Assembly: GCA_951406725.2 (NCBI GenBank)
Contig: OX597839.1
Coordinates: forward strand, 28,086,001 to 28,150,000
Source: Octopus vulgaris
Lineage: Eukaryota
Direction: 5' to 3'
Length of the DNA: 64,000 nucleotides
Shown: in pieces, positions 55,632 to 64,000 of the stretch
Layout of the letters: each line of letters opens with the position of its first letter
Position numbering within the stretch: the stretch's first letter is position 1
Program-made: the position numbers and the translations under genes
Notes under the pieces: generated by a model
Databases searched by the model: none
What the model was told of the DNA's origin: nothing
Seen by the model: only the letters and a program-made list of their open reading frames with translations

Positions 55632-55724
55632 GTATATATGTATATATATATCTATATATGTATATATATATCTATATATGTATATATATCTATATATCTA
55701 TATATATATGTATATATATATGTG

Positions 55725-55793
<69 letters not shown>

Positions 55794-55926
55794 CTATATA
55801 TGTATAAAAATATATATATATGTATATATATATGTATATAGATATATGTGTGTATATATATATGTATATATATGTGTGTGTATATATGTATATATATATA
55901 TATGTATATATGTATATATATATGTG

Positions 55927-55957
<31 letters not shown>

Positions 55958-55970
55958 GTATATATATGTG

Positions 55971-56021
<51 letters not shown>

Positions 56022-56270
56022 ATATATATATATGTGTATATGTATATATATATATGTATGTATATATATATGTATATATATATATGTATGTATATATATA
56101 TGTATGTATATATATATGTGTATATATATATGTATGTATATATATATGTATGTATATATATATATGTATATATATGTGTGTATATATGTATATATATATG
56201 TGTAGATATGTATATATATATGTGTGTATATATATATATATGTGTGTGTATATATGTATATATATATGTG

Positions 56271-56305
<35 letters not shown>

Positions 56306-56754
56306 GTGTATATATGTATATATTTATATGTGTATATATATATATGTGTGTATATGTATATATATGTGTATATATATATATGTGTATATATATATATGTA
56401 TGTGTATATATATATATGTGTGTATATATAAGTATGTATATATATATATGTGTGTATATATATATGTATGTATATATATATATGTATATATATATGTATG
56501 TATATATGCGTGTATATGCATGTGTTATGTGCGTATATATGTATGTTATATATATATGCATATATATGTATATATATATGTATATATACATATGTGTATA
56601 TATATGTATGTATATATATATGTATATGTATATATATGTGTATATATATATATATATATATGTGTGTATATATAAGTATATATATGTATATATATGTATA
56701 TATATGTATATGTATATATATGTATGTATATGTATGTATATGTATATATATATG

Positions 56755-56790
<36 letters not shown>

Positions 56791-56830
56791 TATGTATATA
56801 TACATGTATATATATGTGTATATATATATG

Positions 56831-56865
<35 letters not shown>

Positions 56866-57222
56866 GTATGTATATATGTGTGTATATATATATGTGTATA
56901 TATGTATGTGTATGTATATATGTATCTATATATGTATATATATGTATATATGTATGTATATATATATGTATATATATATACATGTATATATATATATATA
57001 TGTATGTATATATATATATGTATATATACATATATGTATATATATATGTGTATAGATATGTATATATATGTGTGTGTGTATATATGTATATATATATATA
57101 TGTATGTATGTATATATATATGTATATATATATATATGTGTATGTATATATGTATGTGTATATGTATATATATATGTATGTATATATATATATGTGTATA
57201 TGTATATATATATATATGCATG

Positions 57223-57257
<35 letters not shown>

Positions 57258-57399
57258 GTATGTGTATATATATGTGTGTGTATATATATATAGTGTGTAT
57301 ATATATGTATGTGTATATATATGTGTGTATATATATATATGTGTATATATATATATGTATATATATATATGTACGTATATATATATGTATATATATATG

Positions 57400-57430
<31 letters not shown>

Positions 57431-57560
57431 GTATGTATATATATATATGTATATATATTATGTATATATATGTATGTATATATATGTATATATATATGTG
57501 TGTATATATATATGTGTATATATATATATATGTATATATATATGTGTGTATATATATATG

Positions 57561-57607
<47 letters not shown>

Positions 57608-57650
57608 GTATGTATATATATATATCTATATATATATATGTATATATATA

Positions 57651-57701
<51 letters not shown>

Positions 57702-57714
57702 GTATATATATATG

Positions 57715-57775
<61 letters not shown>

Positions 57776-58179
57776 ATATATGTATATATGTATGTGTATA
57801 TATGTATATATATATGTGTGTGTATATATGTATATATATATATGTGTATATATATGTATATATATATGTGTATATATATCTATATATGTATATGTATATA
57901 TATGTATATATATATCTATATATGTATAAAAATATATATATATGTATATATATATGTATATATATATATGTGTTATATATGTATATATATGTGTGTATAT
58001 ATATGTATATATATATATATGTGTGTATATATATATGTGTGTGTATATATGTATATATATATATATATATGTGTATATATATATGTGTATATATATATAT
58101 GTATATATATATATGTATGTATATATATATGTGTATATATATATGTATGTATATATATATATATGTATATATATGTATG

Positions 58180-58211
<32 letters not shown>

Positions 58212-58415
58212 TATGTGTAGATATGTATATATATATATATATGTGTGTATATATATGTATATATATGTGTGTATATATGTATATATATATATATGTGTAT
58301 ATATATATGTGTATATATATATGTGTATATATATATATGTGTATATGTATATATATATGTATATATATATATGTGTATATATATGTATGTGTATATATAT
58401 ATATGTATGCATATA

Positions 58416-58496
<81 letters not shown>

Positions 58497-59176
58497 ATAT
58501 ATATATATATATGCATGTGTATATGTGCGTATATATGCATGTGTATATATATATGTATATATGCATGTATATATATGCGATATATACATATGTGTATATA
58601 TATATGTATGTATATATAAGTATGTATATGTATATATATGTGTATATATATATGTGTATATATATGTGTATATATATATGTATATATGTATATGTATATA
58701 TGTATGTATATGTATATATAGGTATGTATATGTATATATATGTATATATATATGTATACATGTATATATATGTATGTATATATATATATGTATATATACA
58801 TATGTGTATATATATGTGTATATATATGTATATATATGTATGTGTATATGTATGTGTATATGTATGTATGTATGTGTATATATATATTTATATATGTATG
58901 TATGTATATATGTATGTGTATGTGTATATATATGTATATGTATATGTATGTGTATATGTATATATGTATGTATATATATATGTATATATATATGCATGTA
59001 TATATATACGTATATATATATGTATGTATATATATATATGTGTATATATATGTGTGTGTATATATGTATATATATATATACATATATGTATATATATGTG
59101 TATATACATATGTATATATATATATATGTGTATATATATATATTGATATATATATGTATATATATATATATATGTG

Positions 59177-59231
<55 letters not shown>

Positions 59232-59610
59232 GTGTATATGTATATATATATATATATATGTGTATATATATATGTGTGTATATATATATGTGTGTATATA
59301 TATGTATGTGTATATATATGTGTATATATATATGTGTGTGTATATATATATATGTGTATATATATATGTATGTATATATATATATGTACGTATATATATA
59401 TGTATATATATATGTATGTATATATATATTTGTATGTATATATATGTATGTATATATATATATGTATATATATATCTATATATGTATATATATCTATATA
59501 TGTATATATATATATCTATATATGTGTATATATATCTATATATGTATATATATATATGTATATATATCTATATATATATGTATATATATCTGTATATATA
59601 TATGTGTATA

Positions 59611-59675
<65 letters not shown>

Positions 59676-60168
59676 AAATATATATATATATATGTATATA
59701 TATATGTATGTATATATATATCTATATATATATATGTGTGTATATATATATGTATATATATGTGTGTGTATATATGTATATATGTATGTGTAGATATGTA
59801 TATATATGTGTGTGTATATATGTATATATATATATGTGTAGATATGTATATATATATGTGTGTATATATGTATATATATATATGTGTATATATGTAGATA
59901 TATATGTGTATATATATATATATATAGTATATATATGTATATATATATGTTTATATATGTATATATATGTGTGTATATATATATGTGTGTATATATATAT
60001 GTGTATATGTATATATATGTGTATATATATATATGTGTGTATATATATATGTATATGTATATATATGTGTATATATATATGTGTATATATATATGTATGT
60101 ATATATATATATGTATGTATATATATATATGTATGTATATATATATATGTATATATATATATGTATGC

Positions 60169-60202
<34 letters not shown>

Positions 60203-60234
60203 TATATATATATGTATATATATATATATGTATG

Positions 60235-60274
<40 letters not shown>

Positions 60275-60500
60275 TATGTGTATATATATGTATGTATATA
60301 TATATGTGTGTATATATATGTATGTATATATATATATGTATATATATATCTATATATGTATATATATATATCTATATATGTATATATATATATCTATATA
60401 TGTAGATATATCTATATATGTATATATATATGTATGGATATATATATATCTGTATATATATATATATCTATATATGTATAAATATATATATATATGTATG

Positions 60501-60532
<32 letters not shown>

Positions 60533-60538
60533 TCTATA
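50353..60538. repeat. About 10.2-kb alternating purine-pyrimidine (TA/TG) microsatellite array
   Basis: Direct reading; CA-rich to about 50830, TG-rich afterwards. Confidence 0.98.
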
Positions 60539-63500
60539 CTTTATGGACACATTTCTCCCTAGCCTCAGTTATTGCTGTTCAATGCAGAGTTAGACTTTAT
60601 TGGTCACTGCTGAACCATATTGGATGTTTAGCGACAGCCACACCTTCGTAGAGGATGAAGGCCACTGAAATATATCGATCGATGGTATTCGCGGCGAGTT
60701 GGCAGAAACGTTAGCATGCCGGGCGAATTGCTTTGCAGTATTTCGTCTGCCGTTACGTTCTGAGTTCAAAATCTGCCGAGGTCGATTTTGCCTTGATCAG
60801 TTTGTCTGTCCTTGTTTGTCCCCCTCTGTGTGTAGCCCCTTGTGGATAGTAAAGAAATAAGTATTCGCAGAGACATACGACATTAAACCAAGGACTTGCC
60901 AAAGCTAATGTAGGACATTATATATATGTATATATGTGTATGTATATATATATATGTATATATACATATGTGTATATATATGTGTATATATATATGTATA
61001 TATATATGTATGTGTATATGTATGTGTATATGTATGTATGTATGTATATATGTATGTGTATGTATATATGTATGTGTATGTATATATGTATGTGTATATG
61101 TGTATATATATACATATATATATAATGTATGGAGAAATGTATCTCGGGTTACGACCACCAGAAGATGACAGTGGCCTCTGCACCTTGGAGCTGTGTCATC
61201 TCTTAAAACTTTCATCCGGGAACACCCTTCCATTACCCAGGTTGTGTCAAAACCTCAACCCCCAGACTTTCGGCTGGCTGGAACTTTCTTCCACTCATGT
61301 CCTTCACGCAGGGGTTGATTAATAACAAGGGTTTTAGTGAAATGCTGACCGCATCAATCTCACCGGTCTCAGAATATTAAGGCCAAGGGACATAACTCCA
61401 TCTAATTTTTATCTTACTTGGTCCTGTTACAAATCTTAGGGCGCATAAAGCTGGGGGTTACTCTTGTTCCCATGGCTTATAAATGACAGGGATTACAATA
61501 CCCTACCCCCTCCACTGAACGGGGTGCCAGTTGGTCACAATGATAATTTCTAAACTGACTGAAACTCATTTTACAGCTGAATGCACTGGAGTGCATTCAG
61601 CTGTAAAATTGAGTAAACCTATCAGGAATGAACCTATAATTACTACCGGAAACAGCCGTGCGACACATTTTCTCAAATAAAGGGAAAATATGTAATGACC
61701 ATTATTTTTTAACTATATATATGTGTGTGTGTGAGAGAGAGAGACAAGTTCAATGCAACGTAAAATGAAGTGTTTTGCTTAAGAATGCAATATACTGCCT
61801 GATCTAAGAATCGAAACCGCAATCGTGAGAGCAACACCCCAGTCACTGGGTCACACACCGGCCATTTATTCAGAAGCTATCAACGAGAGGTTAAAATAGA
61901 AAAAAAAAAACCATTCCAAATATGTGCCAAGCAGCGGGATTCGAACCTGGAACCACGGGGTTGCTAATCAAGCCTCTTCACCACACAGCCATCAATACAG
62001 TACTCTCCATTCGACCTGTATAATGAGAGAGAAGATGATTAAGCTTTAATTATTTTAATAATCGAAATGCAAAACACTAAACGTAATTTCTAACAATCTA
62101 AAAAAAATCTGACGAACTGAGTTACGTCCCTTAGAACATAGCTCTTCGGACAGAAGAATAAAATGGTTTACGGGGTTTTAAACGTGGCTATTCTGAGTTC
62201 GATCTCAACCACGGTCAACGCTATCACATTTGGTATTTTTCCAGCAGGTAGTTATTTATCGATGATCGATATCCTATCAGTCGATAAGTTTTCGTTTGAT
62301 CAACTGAATGGATTGGATTACTGAGTGGAGAGGCAAGGAATGGCATATCCAGAGATCTCCTTTTCTGGAAACCCAAGGCATGGACATTGAGACATCGGCA
62401 GATCAACAAGAGCACTACTCGTAACCTTTTACTCGTTTCTGTTATTAAACTGTGGCCATGCTGGAGCACTGGCTTCAAAAATTTTAATTGAACGAATCGA
62501 ACCCTAGTACTTAATTTCTTGGCGGGGGTGGGGGTTAAAACCCGGTACTTGTTCTATCGATCACTTTTGCCGAACCGCTTTGTTGCGGGGATGTAAACAC
62601 ACCAACACCGGCTGTCAGGGGGTGGGGGTGGATAAACAAAGACACATTATATGTATTGCTTCAGGGTTCTGCTTTGTTAGAAACCAGAAATGGCTCTGAA
62701 AAAAGAAGCATTAATTCTTTTGGGTCGTTCAACTTTTCGCAGCTAATCAATAGACCAATTAATTAAGTAAAGCTATCAGTAATGAACCTATGATTACTAC
62801 TGGAAACAGCCGAAAGCCAAATTTGCTCAAATAAAGGGAAAATATGTAATTACCATTATTTTTAACTATATATATATATATATATATAGGTAAACAGTAA
62901 AAATAATTACAGACATGGACAAGAACATGAAACGCCACAGAGACGACACAAGAACCACAGGACGGGACATTCGAAGCCCTCAGTCATCAGTTAAGAACCA
63001 GATCATCTTAGCAATTTCGGCTGATTAATCTTGAGATTGCTCCGATATGGGCAGGCTGCCATGTCGGGGTGTCTTCTTTTTCAAGTGCATTAGATCCCCT
63101 GGAAGAAAGCTTCGAATGTATACAACACGAGGACGGAAAACGAACGGAGTACACGAACAAAAATACAGAATACGTGACAACAATAAGAATACAAAAACGT
63201 AAAAACAATAACGGTAAAAATAAAGTATAAAAAATAAACAACAAAACAAAACAAGGACGTAGGACAAGGGTCTTTCGACAGGACGAATTGAGTATGGGGC
63301 TGGCTTATGAAGTTGTGCCTAATGGCCACAGGGAGACGACCACGTACGTGTTGCTTCAGCGGCTGCTGGAACGAAAAGAGCGCTCAACAGCGGCTGGCGG
63401 TCACGTGAGAACAAAAGACAAGAGAAAGGGACAGATGAAAAGAGAGAGAAGGTGGACGAGGGAGGAGAAGAAAGCGACAGATCGAGGGGGCTGGAGGTGA

Positions 63501-63552
63501 GAGAGATAGAGAAACGTAGAAGGGGGGGAAGACGGATGGAGAGGGAAAGAAA

Positions 63553-63603
<51 letters not shown>

Positions 63604-63766
63604 AGCGAGACATATACAGACAGAGTATTTGAAGTGGTGTACAGACAGATATTGTATAAAATTAAGACCGAGCGAAGCCTAAATTTTGAGAGCCAATATT
63701 AAAATAAAACGTATTTTTGCCAAATTTGAACAATTCGGTAAACATATTTCTAAATTATTGACAAAC

Positions 63767-63938
63767 AGGCGCAGGAGTGGCTGTGTGGTAAGTAGCTTGC
63801 TAACCAGCCACATGGTTCCGGGTTCAGTCCCACTGCGTGGTACCTTGGGTAAGTATCTTCTACTATAGCCTCGGGCCGACCAAAGCCTTGTGAGTGGATT
63901 TGGTAGACGGAAACTGAAAGAAGCCCGTCGTATATATG

Positions 63939-63972
<34 letters not shown>
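63767..63972 (+). mobile_element. SINE family B 5' half
   Basis: Reverse complement of the 14620-14785 head and core. Confidence 0.85.
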
Positions 63973-64000
63973 GGCGCGCGCACGCACGCGCTTGCGCCGG

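Noticed and set aside
50285-60651. Many very long ORFs (up to 1189 aa) rich in Y/I/M/C/V or H/T
   Set aside because: They are translations of TA/TG/CA microsatellite, which lacks stop codons; not genes. The same applies to ORFs at 3261-3862, 9264-10701, 19058-19846, 21901-24481 and 46953-47675.
62890-63540. Hammerhead in a Penelope-like terminal repeat region
   Set aside because: CTGATGA and GAAA words are present on the minus strand, but I could not assemble helices in register; left unclassified as probable repeat DNA.

Overview
AT-rich, microsatellite- and repeat-dense animal DNA. The SINE/LINE repertoire looks like an octopus or other coleoid cephalopod (inference from recalled repeat families, no search run). 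One host gene is visible: the 3' part of a SEPT2-group septin on the + strand, with seven GT-AG coding exons between 25915 and 37040 and probably an extra 3'UTR intron plus a long terminal exon. Its P-loop-encoding 5' exons were not found in the window. One septin intron holds a near-intact 1.63-kb IR/DR-type Tc1 (DD34E) transposon. The rest is SINEs, RTE LINE 3' ends, mariner/gypsy relics, MITEs (hAT, piggyBac-like, Tc1/pogo-like, Helentron-like), a 100-N gap and very long TA/TG microsatellites. The most unusual signal is a set of at least three families of minimal type I hammerhead-ribozyme motifs in small inverted-repeat elements. One family sits in a tRNA-headed (Pol III) SINE-like unit. 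The copies with complete architecture are antisense to the septin, while every sense copy seen is crippled. Nearly all ORFs in the supplied track are microsatellite or repeat artefacts.
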